Positions 1-12,800 of a stretch of DNA of 62,052 nucleotides are shown in pieces. Position numbers and translations under genes: made by a program. The stretch comes from Harriotta raleighana (Eukaryota). Within the stretch, counting starts at the first letter, position 1, and every line of letters starts with the position of its first letter. The notes beneath the pieces are model-generated. The model made no database searches. It was not told where the DNA came from and saw only the letters and a program-made list of their open reading frames with translations. The stretch is from NCBI GenBank assembly GCA_050575255.1, contig JBNZDD010013691.1, positions 1,415,961-1,478,012 of the forward strand, given 5' to 3'.

Positions 1-554
1 ATATGATAAACAAATACAGTCACGTTTTCAGTTTGCTGAAGTGTGAGGCTTGTGGAATGGGAGGCTTGCTGAGGTGTGAGATTTATTGAAATGTGAGAGA
101 TTTGCTGAGGTGAATTTTACTGAGTCATGGTTATTCTAGTGGGAGAGGCATCCACTTATCGTGGGGTATAGTAGGGTGGAGGAGGGGGTGGGGGGAGACA
201 CAATGTCATCTCCCCCTGTAAGTCTCACAGCCAGAACATTCCCTGCTTAAAATAAATCCATTTCAACCATTCATCAGACAACAGGTGGAAAGTCCTTTCA
301 AAAAGTGTTGGATCCAATGAAAGAATACATTTCAAACAAAAGCGATTGCATGAGTGAGCAGTACTGATTGATAGGAGCCAGTCACACCGTTGTGAACAAG
401 ATGTTGTATGGAAGTTTAATGATTGCAATTGTTGAAAAACAATGTCCAATCTCCTTGGAAATGTAGCAAAGCCTTTTGTTGTCCTTGGTATTCGGTAGGC
501 TAACGGAGAGCTTCACTTTCTCTTGTTACAGAAGGCAGAAGGATTTAACACCAC

Positions 555-630
555 CAGATGGCTGGATAAGGAACATCTGCTCATGTCCATCACCAACCAG
601 TCTTAGTCTTTTCAAAATTCCTATTTATAC
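555..630 (+). promoter_or_regulatory. Candidate proximal muscle promoter: paired E-boxes plus TATA/MEF2-like element
   Basis: CAGATG 555-560, CATCTG 574-579 and CTATTTATAC 621-630, 130-200 nt upstream of the ATG. Motif-only evidence. Confidence 0.4.
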
Positions 631-760
631 TTAGATCTGCCACGGCCTCCATTGGGGTGTGCAAGGGAGGGCTGAGAACTTAACATCCACAAACCGTTTT
701 TAGTGCAGAATACAAAGAAAACCCTGGTTTATTTGGTTGGAAAGTTGGACTAATCTCACC

Positions 761-845
761 ATGAGACCCTCCTCAATTGACATTCCACTCCTGGTGATCT
801 TCGTTGCAACAGCCGGGAGCACTTTTGATGGGACATTTCCTAAAG
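761..845 (+). CDS. MUSK: MUSK exon 1 coding part (signal peptide [28 protein letters not shown])
   Basis: Kozak-like CTCACCATGA, hydrophobic [11 protein letters not shown], phase-1 donor AAG|GTTTGC compatible with exon 2. Confidence 0.88.
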
Positions 846-3800
846 GTTTGCTTCAATCATTCAATTCTTTTTGTGAACAAATTGCCATATGTGTGTGTAT
901 GTAAGCGTCCGATTCATGTGTACTGCTCTGTTGACTGACTTTAAACTGTTTGACATGGAGGTTTAACCATTTGTTAACTAGTATAATTTAAACAAAACAA
1001 CACACAAATCTTGAACAACTAGGCCTCCAGCAGGCAAAACATGCAGTAAAGCTCTTTATAGTGTTGTCCTGTTTATACCATACATGTTTTACTAAGAGAC
1101 AAGACAGACAGTACTCATTTATGATTACAGAAATTATAAATTCGTACATGTTGAAGTGACATATAGTTTTACACTAAACATTGATTAACAACCCACATAA
1201 TAATTAAATAGTTCTCCAAAATGTATCAACCACAATAAACCCAAATATTCAGTGCCAAACTCAGCACATTGAAAGGAACTTTTTCTAACGTTTTGGCATA
1301 GAAAGGTCAACTGAAAAGTTTTGAACACAGAATAATGTGAAAGGTGAGAATGTAGCTATAAAATAATACTCCTTATAGCATTTGATACAATGCCTTTCAT
1401 GTCAACTGGACACCTCAAACGCTTCACAAACTTTACTGTAAACTTGATTGTGTATTGTGTCGACAAGCATGGTAGCTAATGTATACACAGCAATATACCA
1501 CTTACAGTATGAAGTGAATGCCCAATTTTATTTGAGGGATTGTTGATCAGGACACCTGGAGAATCTCCTTTTTTTTAACAATGGATTTTTATCGTCCACT
1601 TGAACAGGCAGATAGCACCTCGAATTAACATCTCGGACAAACAAGACCTTTGACAATGTGCACACTCCTAACACCATATATATTAATATATATTGTCTTT
1701 AAAGGCAATAGAGTAGTCACGGGAATGTTATTTTCTGTGGGCGGGATGGGGGGGTGTCAGGACACAGTGGCCATGACACAATTTTCAAAGGGAGAGGGTA
1801 TGATTCTGAAGGGAGAGATTGCTGATGTCAATGCCTTTGGATGTTCTCCCAAAGGCCCTATTTAAATGCAATTCATTGTTAGCCAGCATAGGGCCAAAGA
1901 AGGGATAATTGGTTTCAAAGGATTTGGGTTTCTTACAGAGTTAAGGAACAAATGATAGATTTAATCTGGGATATGAGGGAGAGACTGGGGTAAAAATGTG
2001 TATGGAAAGGAGTGCGGGCAGGGCAAAGAGGGTTTGGTGAAGGTGACTAGTGGAGAAGCAGGGAGAAATAGAGGAGGATTAGACAACAGAGTGGTAACAA
2101 TTTGGGATACCAGGATGTCTGTGAGCTCCTTACATTGCGACAGTGAAATACATAAATAATCAGGATAAGATACTATTTCCACTCGTGGGCGAATCTGTGA
2201 CCCGTGGTCACAGATTTAAAATAGTTTCAAAGCGAAGTAGAGGGGAGCTGAGGAGAAACTTTTTCACTCAGCGAGTTGTTCGAATCTGGAATGCATTGCC
2301 TGAAAAGGTGGTGGAGGCTGATTCGATAACAACTTTTAAAAGGGAATTAGATCTTTATTTAGGGAGAACAGGTCTATTAGGCTATGGGGAGCGAGCAGGG
2401 CAGTGGGATTAAATCGCTCTTTTCAAAGAGCCGGCACAGACTAGATGGGCCGAATGGCCTCCTTTTGTGCCATAAACGTCTATGAATCTATGAATCTATG
2501 AATCTAAGAGGACTTGGCAAACATGGCAAACAGTAATAAAATTCAGTTCAATACACCAGAATTCTGATAAGGAGGGATTTTCTCACTGGCTATGCCTTAT
2601 TCCCAGGAGCTCCCTTTGCAATCTGAATTGCATTCACAATCTACGCACCATTCCCATTAGACCTTCCACTGCTATTCCGCTTGCTAATCTCAGTCGCCCC
2701 ACTCATTTAAACTCTGCCCACTTAAAGCAATGAGAGCAGATTGAGTTGCAGATATTAAATTGGGTGCTATGCTATGAGTACAGACTTTGCTCAAGCCTTA
2801 TTTTGTTCATCTTGAGCTGCAGTTCAGCATAGCTGGTAGCTTGAGAAAGAGTTGGGATGATTTTTTAACAAATATATATGGCCGGAAAGAACAAACTAAC
2901 TTATATCTTATCTTGATCCAATATCTTAAAAATGCTTTGGGTTGCCCAACCTTTTGGGTGCCGAAGATCGGATGCCATATTTCCTCGACGGTTAAGCGCT
3001 CTGAGACGCTAACTCTGAGACGTGGAGGATAATATATAAGTGCAAGTTGTTGTTGTTGACTTAGCAAACAATTAAATGTCTTGGTCTTAAATGCAAACAC
3101 TTGTGGAAAATGTTTCTCATTAACCAGATCTCCAATGTCAACTTCAAATTCAGTAGTGGCAAGTCGGAGAAAGCACCCTAGGTATTTCTATCAAGTGTAC
3201 TTATCGGGTTTTATTGTAGAACATGTGCTTTCACAAATGTATCTAATTACATGATTACAAACATAGAACACATCTTCAGTGTGAAGTCATTTAATTTGTG
3301 GAAAAGATCTTTGGAAATAATTTTCCAGAAGTTTTCAAGAATCTTATTTTTTCTTGAGGGAAAGAAAGGGTCACTCTGCAGTTCATACATCTCCATCTGA
3401 ACATATTTTGGTTGTTGCTCAATCAACACCTCCATTGGATTGTTGATTAGTTGGACGCTGGAACTCAAACCCTCAAAATCAGCAAATTTGGCACTGAACA
3501 CATTCAATAGCTCTTATGATTGAAAAAAGCCGTGAAAATCAGCCTAATCAAGCTCTATTGCATGTTCCTTACATGATGGAAAATGGGTGAGATCATTCTG
3601 CAAAAGTGATGAGTTCAACAGTTTTACTTTTAAGCGGAACCCATCACTATACTCATAAGGGGTAAAATGTTCTGCTTTCTACCTTGATGCCTAAGATTGA
3701 GAATGTTGAGATGTCATGTTGTTTTTAAAGAAAGCTAATGAACACAAGTAGGAATCTTCCAATTCCTCTTTAAACTGTGTGGTGTTCCTTAAGAAATGAA

Positions 3801-6800
3801 GGTACCTCGTTCCTGAGTGCCAAACATTGCAAAAGTCATTTGCGTGACACAGCAACTGAACTTATGAATAGAGAGATAAATCACCATATTCTGCATCTAA
3901 TTCTTGGAGGAAGTTTATGTTCTTTCTGTGCTTGATTTCCTCTGCAGATAATATTGATCACTTTGATGACACTGCTAATCACATTCCACATTTTTATTGA
4001 TTTTCCTGGCATATGATGCAGCAGAGAGTAAAACATTTAATTAAATTTTGTTTCGGCAAACCAGCCCAATCATTCTTACAGTATGTACTTGATTTTGCAA
4101 CATCCATCACAATACAGGAACACTTGTGAAATCCATTGTATTTAAATATCCAAAACACCAAATACTGCAGATGCTGGAAATCTGAAACAAAAACAGAGAG
4201 AGCTGGGAAAACTCAGCAGGTCAGGCAGCTTCTATGGAGAAAGGAAAGTGAGTCAACGTTTTGGGTCCACCACCCTTTATCAGAACAACCCTTTTAAAAA
4301 AATAGTTTTCAAGAATTGATTTCAATAATTTGTCATGAATAGCAACATTTTTATCAATAGTTGTGATGAAAATGAATAACTAATTGATATCAAATTATGG
4401 GAATCAGAACTTCACAGTCATAGAAAATAAACCAAGCTAACTCTCAGAGGCTAAGTAGAGCAGCAAATATCACATGCTTTGTGAATATACAAAATACAAA
4501 AGCCAGAGTGGATTTAAAGCCAGCGACACCACCTGGGCTGAGTTAATATTGACCATTACTTCACTCTAACTGTTTGAAAGGCATCTCAACCTCCCTCAGT
4601 GTGTTTTGCCTAAAAACATAGATTAACCTATGAAAAAATTAATCTGGATATCAGACGCTTTTTTGTATGGAATGTTTCTGTGCCACAGATTTCAATGCAA
4701 ACCATTTGCCTGTAACCAGTAGGAGCAACCATTTTACTGTAATATTTCCAAGTCAAATATTATGATTTAAAGATGCAATAGGATCCTGTGTTAGATTTAA
4801 TAATGTTAACATCCTCTGCTGTGTGTGATGTTCCATGTTTCGTTTATTTGAACTGCATTTAAAGAAAAGTTTCCCAGTTTTGTTACACAGGGGCTTACCC
4901 ACAGAGAGAAAATATCATTGGAAGGAAGGGACAACAAAATTAAATCAATAAACTTGAGCCCCATAAATTTATTATTGCTGCACTTTATGAATATGTATGT
5001 GATTTTGCAGCTCCTCAGATCATTAGTCCTCTGGAGACAGTGGATGCATTGGTGGAAGAGGAAGCCACCTTCCTGTGTGCAGTGGATTCCCATCCACCAG
5101 CTGAGATAATTTGGACGCGCAATAACATTCCTGTAAGGTAAGCGTGCGCATATACACACACAAACACGCACACACACAGGCATGAATATGGAGACAAGAC
5201 AATTGTCAGAAAAAGAACCTCCTCCTATGATAGAGTCAAAGTTGAGTGAGGTATATGGGAGCTGGTGTTTGCCTAATTTCTCCCACAAAATACAAAGTCA
5301 ACCCACTTTTTACAGTATATTCAGAAAAGCTCTTTGAGACCTCAACAAGGTGATAAGGCACTATATCAGATGGAAGTATAATTATTATAGTGGCTTTGCT
5401 GGTCTATTTGGTCAAGTGAGCTGGTGCTGTGACCCAGCAAACAGTGGTGGAATGTGTGTATTCACTATTTCTGTCAGAAAATCATAGGTGTTACATTTTT
5501 AAATAACAGCTTTTGATCCATTTATTCCACTCTGTTATTCAGGCCTTTCCCTGCTGTAATCACGTAGGATAGAGCTGTACATTCATGCTTCCCATGTGGA
5601 AAATGTTAACGTGGAAATATTGGTGGCAGCTAAAAATAAATGAAATAATAAAAGGAATAAAATAATAATAAGATGAAATAATAAAACACTACGCATTATT
5701 GGTGTGTAAATTGAGGCTCGTAAATGTTTAATTTATCATACTATCGATGATATTTTATTGATACTTTATCTATGATAAAGATAGGCAACGAAACAAACTT
5801 TGCAGGTTGGAATTTTGCCCCACTTAAGTATTTTATTTAGGAAGCAACATTTTTACTGTTTTCCACCCTCCCGTTCACTCACTGCTGGTGGATCCCAGCT
5901 TCAAATATTACCCCCTTCCTTCTACTACCAACCCCAGCTCCCCCAACCAACCTGTGCTATGGGAGTTGATGACATCAAGTGCTAAGGTGAAATAAAACTC
6001 AATGTTCCTGGTTCATAATCATAATAAATATATAATCCTTGCATTTGATATAGCGCTTTTCACATCTTCTTATTTTTTGGGAGGGATCATTATTAGGCAT
6101 GTGGAGTAAGGAAACTTGCCCAATGTTTCGCCCTAACCTATCTGGATTTAAACACAGGTCTCACGCTCGTAAAGCGAGAGTTCTAACCACTGAGCTACAG
6201 GACTCCAATCAATGTCATTACCCTCAGTGTCTCTGGGTCTCAAACACTATCATTGCCCTCAGTGTCGTGAACCCCAAACATATTAGAATATAAGAACATA
6301 AGAGGTAGGAGCAGGTGTAGGCTATTCGGCCCCTCGAACCTGCCCTGCCATTCAATAAGATCATGGCTGATCTACTCTAATTCCACCTACCTGCCTTGTC
6401 CCCATATCGCTTAATCCCTTTATCCACAAGAAATCTATCAATCTCAGTCTTGAATATGTTCAACGACTGAGCATCTACAGCCCTTTGGGGTAGAGAATTC
6501 CATAAGTAAAGAAGTTTTTTCTGAGTGAAGAAGTTTTTTCTCAACTCAGTTAATGAGTTAACTAAGTTACGGTTTCTCCAACTATCTAATCTGTCTTGCC
6601 CCTTAATATTGTTGCCCTTGGTGTCCCTGGGTTATTCATTCTCAGTGTCTTTGTTGGTAAGTGTGTGTTGTGAACAATGAGTAAGGGCAGGATCAGACTA
6701 AGAGTGAAATAATGTGTGAAAAAAGGCCTTTCAGATCATTTCATCACCTCCTGTGGATCGCACTGTTCCTGCTCACTGGATTTATTTAATTATTCAGAAT

Positions 6801-9800
6801 CCGTAGTTTGTGTCCATTCCTGCACCAGGCTCCAGCAATCTATCACCACAGTTCTTCCCCTAATTCACTTGCTCTCATTCCTCAGTATAACGTGTACAAA
6901 ACCCTTATTCTTACGGTCAATGCCTTCCACAGTCTTGCTCTCACCTTACCTCTCCAACCTCATTACCCAATATCAGTCTGTTTGCTCCCTCTGCTCCCTC
7001 GATGGACACTTCAGGTCCCCCACACTTCAAAGCCCCACCGTTGTCGGTCGGGCATGCAGAATCTTTGTCCCCAAACTCTGGAACTCTATCCCAGAATCCC
7101 TCCGCCTCACACCTCCCTTGCCTCCTATAAGTTCTGTCTGAAGTCCTTCCTCTTCAACTGTGCTTGCAGTCACCCGCCCACCCCATCACTTCTGCCCTCC
7201 TGCCCTTCTGACACCAAGTCCCAGCTCTGGTCCAACCACTTGATCAACCAGCTCCCTGGGACATCTTTCTGTCATGAAAGGCGCTACACAAGTGTAATTT
7301 GTTGTTGTATACAGGAAGTGAATGTAGCATGGCTTCATGCTCAAAGTGAGCATGAGAAAATGAAGTTTTCTTGTGTCAGAAGTAGAAATGTATTGTACGT
7401 AGAAATTGCTGGTCCACAGGCAAGTCAATTACAAGTGAATCCATACTCTGGTGAGGACTTAATATTGCTGATGACCTGTAATTCTTGTTCAGAGTAAAAT
7501 TGTTTGTTGCACATGCTTTTTGCTAAGATTTAAGCTCTTACGTTTTTGTTGATGTTCACTGGCCAGTGTAGAAGTGAGTGATGTGGATGAGAAAAGACCC
7601 CATTCTCATCCCCAATGTGTGCAGAATTGGTTGATTTTGACTGGGCAGCAGTAGGGATGCTGTCATAACCTGAGTGATGCTGCCCTAGAAGAGGATTAAA
7701 CAAGCCATGGCTGCCCAATGACCTCAACTGAATATTGTCCTTGTGGGAATATTGCATGAGTTTGTTGACTTTCTTTGTTTGGGCCCACACATTAAAATGC
7801 TGAGTGAGGTACTGATGCCTCTCGAAACACACTGTTATAAAGTGAACACAGATGCATGCCTTTCTGCACTTCATTCCAAACTGCAGGCACTTTTCTGTGT
7901 GATAGTTAAATTGTTTGTTGAATCAATTCACTGTTTTGGCCCTTCTTTCGCAGGCCGTTTGACACACGCTACAGCACAACGGAGAAAGGGCAGATTTTAA
8001 CCATTCTCAGTGTTGAAGACACAGACAATGGTGTGTACTGTTGTACTGCCAACAATGGTATCGGGACCCCTGTGCAAAGCTGTGGGGCTTTACAGGTTAA
8101 AATGAGTAAGTTTCACACCATTTTTTACTTTACCTAACTCCAACAACAGTAGGTTTGCACAGCATGGTCAAAGCTTCATTCAGTGAACATAATAATAATC
8201 CTTGCATTTGATACAGCATCTTATCTTGCCATCAAATGTCTCAAAGTATTTTGTAGTCAAACCCAGCAGGCAATTTGTCCACACCAATGTGCTACAAACA
8301 GCCTTCATAAAGTGAACGATCAGTTCTATCTGAGGGAGAAGCTCTTTTCTCTTTTCAAACACTACCATGGGATTACCAATGTCCGCCTGGACAGGCAGAC
8401 AGAATCTTGGGTTTAACATCTCATCCAAAGGATGGCACCTCTGACAATGCACTATATTGGAGTGTCATCTTAGACTTTAACTCTGCCCCCAATCTCTGGA
8501 ATTCCTTCCCACCATCCGTCCTCCTTGCCCCCTCCCTAGCCTCCTTCAAGTCCCACCTCAAGATCCTCCTCTTCGACAGTTCCATTAGTCAACGCCCCTC
8601 ACTTCCCTCCACCCTCTCAACTTCAGCTTGCGTCTGAAACACTGAAACACAACCCCTTGGGCATTCACTCGATGTGAAAGGTGCTATACAAATGTAATTT
8701 TGTTGTTGTTGTTATTGCTGCTAGTCTTGATTTGTGTGGTTAATTAGCTTTCAATTGGGTCAACAATTATGTTCATTAATAAGTGAACTACTTTGATGGT
8801 CTATTGCTTGTTTACTTGAGTTTTCAGGTCCAAAATAATTCCCTCTCACGATTTTCTCCCTTTTAAGTCATAAAAAATGGACTCTACATAAAAAAAAATA
8901 TTTTGTGGATAAAAATGACTATAATGGTCCTTAAACATGTTTATTTGTTTAAAATATTTGCTGGTATCCTGAGTATAATGCATAGTTCCTCTATAGAGTC
9001 ATGTAGCTCAGTGTTTAGAGCACTCGCCTCACAAGCAAGAGACCTGGGTTCTATTCCCAGCAGGGTGAAATGTTGGGCAGATTTCCCCACACCTCTGTTT
9101 ACATAACAGTAAGTAGGAATCTGTTTGTTAGTTATCTTCTGTCTGGGGAAAATAATCTTTTTTTAAAAAAGTAACAATTTTGTCATTCAATCAACAGCTG
9201 TTTGTGGGACTCTGCTGTGCGCAATTGGCTGCCGTATTTCGCCCACACAAATGCAGTCAATTCACTTTACAGTATATTCTGTGAAGCGCTTTGAGACACC
9301 TAGAAGACATTAAAAGTGCTATATCAAATGCAAGGATTATTATTATTCCTCTTTTTCGTGTTCGTAGAACCAAAAATCACTCGACCACCTACTGATGTGA
9401 AAGTGCTGCTGGGATCAAAGATTGTGCTACCATGTGGAACAATGGGAAATCCCAAACCAGCCATTTCGTGGATCAAGAATGAGGTTGCACTGAAGGTAAG
9501 ACAATAAGCAATCTCCACAGCTCTCTAAATACACACTCGACCCACATGTTGAGCAGGTGGAAAATTATCTGATTGACATGGCTAATTGGGATTGTCTTTG
9601 TTACATTTGCTTTTGGTGGTAAGCCTGGTTTCCTGAGGCTACCAATGTATCTCCTGGCTGCGGAAACTGGGGAGCTCGGAAGCTCAGAGCAATGTACTGT
9701 CACATACCCACCAAAGGAGAGATTATAATAATATGATCTTTTCACTTGATATACAGTATCTCCTTGTTGGAAGTATCTCAAATAGCTTCAGAAATGTTCA

Positions 9801-12800
9801 CCTTATAATGAAGGCGAGAGCAGGCACATTTGTAAGCGAGAGCAGTTTCCAATATGTGGACTGGATGGTGCAGTAATGTCCTACACACAGACATGAAGTG
9901 AATCCAAATTGTATTTTGGGAATTGTTGGCCACGATATGGGGAGAAACTGGGTGAGGTTAGGATTTAATCTGGGTCAAGATTTACTCTATTGATGTAGCA
10001 TTAAGAGTTCAAAGTCCCAACTTGAGTTTAATCACACAATATTCTGAGTCAGAGGTGAGAGTGCTACCAACTGAGCTAGTCTAGTAAATTGCTCTTGGGT
10101 TCGGTTCTATTTATGTAGCATTTTTAGAGATTCCAGAATTATACTTTTTTTTAAATGTAGCTTGAATTGTGAAGCCAGTTTTCTTTAAGTTTCCCATAAG
10201 AACTATAGAAAAATGATTTCTGCATTGGATGCATGGGCACCCAGATTGGAATAGTGATGTTAATGTTGATGCTCTGATACCAGAGAATGGTTTGAAGCTT
10301 GAATAATTCACTTAACGTAGGAAAAGGAGGAAGAGTCATACAGTTATTCTTATGCGGACAAAGGAATAACTTATCAGAAATAGCTCTTTAAAATGGTCCC
10401 ATGGTAACAATTTAATAGGGGATTGAATAAATACTTAAGGAAAAATAATACGAGTATTTAAGGACTGAGGAATGAAGTAGAGGAGATCAATCACTCCACC
10501 GGGACACTTTGCAGCATCAAAGATACAATGAACCAAATGACCTCCTTCAATGCTGTAAACATTCTATGAAGCACAATTGACAGTAGCTCATCCACAGCAA
10601 GAGTAATTGAGAAAGAGAATGCAAACCTGGTCAGTTTGACTGGATTTAACTCAGAAACAGTGTTACCCCCACCTACTCAACCAGCAAAACAGTGGAAGGG
10701 ATTTTACTTAGGAATCATGAATAGCAAAGAAACATTTTGAGCAGTTTACTAAGATTGATTTAGTTACACAAACATCCAAAACTATTTATATAATTGTGGA
10801 GACTCAGTATATTAAGGATTTATATCACTAGTGTGAGGGAATCAGATCGCTGAATACATTTTTCTCTTGCAATAGTCTTTCGGTGCACAATTTATCAATT
10901 TCAACAGCTGGAACTAATTTCCTTCTCCCTTTGGCTTCAAAAGCTGCCTTCAGGTAATGCTCAGAGACTATATTAACAGATTCATTCCTTGCCGGGATTT
11001 TTATCGCTGTGGCAAACTGGGGCTGTAACTATAAATGTATTTTAAAATAAACAAAATGGAAAGGAGATGAAATGAGTAAGTGGTGTTCTTGTTACTGGTA
11101 GCTTGCAGTAGGGCTGTATAAGGGCACTGGTATTATTAATTTATATTATTGTAAATACTAAGAGAGTTATGCTTTCAAGGAGATATAAATTTAAAGTAAC
11201 TACAGGGTACAATAAAACACTATCTATCCATAAATTTAATCTCCACCAACAGGATGTTAATAGTGAAGGAAGTGAATAGACTGTGAATGCTGGAAAGGTG
11301 AAATAGAATCAGGAAATGATGGATATCTATAATAAAAAATATGAAATATTGGAAATCTGTAATAGGCTGTTCAGCAACTGAAAGCGAGAAATAGGTTAAA
11401 GTTTTTGCTTTTACCATTCATCAGACCAATAATGTCCTGGCCAAAAAACTTGCTTACAAAATATTTATTACACTTCACATCATATGAAGCGTTTTGAGTT
11501 GTCCTCCTGAAGTGAAAGGGATTCCATTCTGGAACTCCATCCCACAGTCCCTACGCCTCGCTCCCTCCCTCACCTCCTTCAAGGCTGGTCTCAAGACCCT
11601 CCTCTTTTACCATGCCTTCTCTGGCCGTCCCAACTCTCTCCCTCCCCTCCTAACTCTCTCCTGCCCCTCCACCTCATCCTGCCCCTCTCCCTTGCTTGGG
11701 TCCCGACCTGACTGTTCAGCGCCTTGGGATGTCCTCCTGACGTGAAAGGCTCTCTATGAATGTAATTTTGTTGTTGTTATATCAAATCCAAGGTTATTAC
11801 TATTAATTGTGATAAGCAGCATTTTTACCTCAAAGTTTCTTAAGAACTTTGTTTCTGAATCAGAGTCAGATGCATAATGATGTTAATTCCATGTGTAGCA
11901 GGACTATCCTCGAACTTCCATATTGGAGTCTGGAAACTTAAGAATCCGCAGTGTTCAACTGGAAGATGCAGGACAGTATCGCTGTATGGCCAGAAACAGC
12001 CTGGGATTGGAGTATTCCAGATCTGTCACAGTGGAAGTGCAGGGTAAGTCTGCTATACAATGTTCCAAATGATTGTGCTTTCTGGGACTAGAAATACCGG
12101 GAGTGAAAAACGTGACTTGTGATGTAATAATTATCATTGGCAAGAATTATCGCATTGCACAATATATTTTCTCAGCCTGTAGCACATTTCACTCTCCTCA
12201 ATAATCTGTAAGAGTATCTCATTCATCTATGTCCTACGAGCACCCGAGTAAATGAGGGTGAATAAGAGACAGATAACTGATCGCATCAATCCATACACCT
12301 CACCCAATAATTCTAATAGTGCAAGTTTTACTTCAGATCAAGTTCCAGGAACAGTCATTGATGGTCTTGTGGAAAAAAATCCTTAGGTCTCCTGAAGTCA
12401 TTCTTAAACCTAACCCTAAAGATTAAGTTTCTAGGAAGGGTGGTTGAAGCCTTTCTTCCCGAAATGTTTCTACATCTCAGTGCAAAAAGATAGACATTTA
12501 CAAAGCAGCTTGATACTTTGATGAGGATGGTAGCATGGATATTCTGGAGAGTGAGATAGGATAGGTCAAATGGCTTTCTTTCTTCAACCAAACTGATCTT
12601 GTGCTCTTATGCCATTGTGATGGTGAATTGCTAGCAATTAAAATACAACACTTCACAAAGTTTCTCATGAACACTTGGCATTCTTGCATTGCACTACAAT
12701 CCAATCCACCTGAAAATCAATAGCCGGTGAGGGTATTGCCTGCATAAGGCTTAACGCAGTACTGTCTGTTAATGTGGTTGTTCTATTTGCATGACAAATC

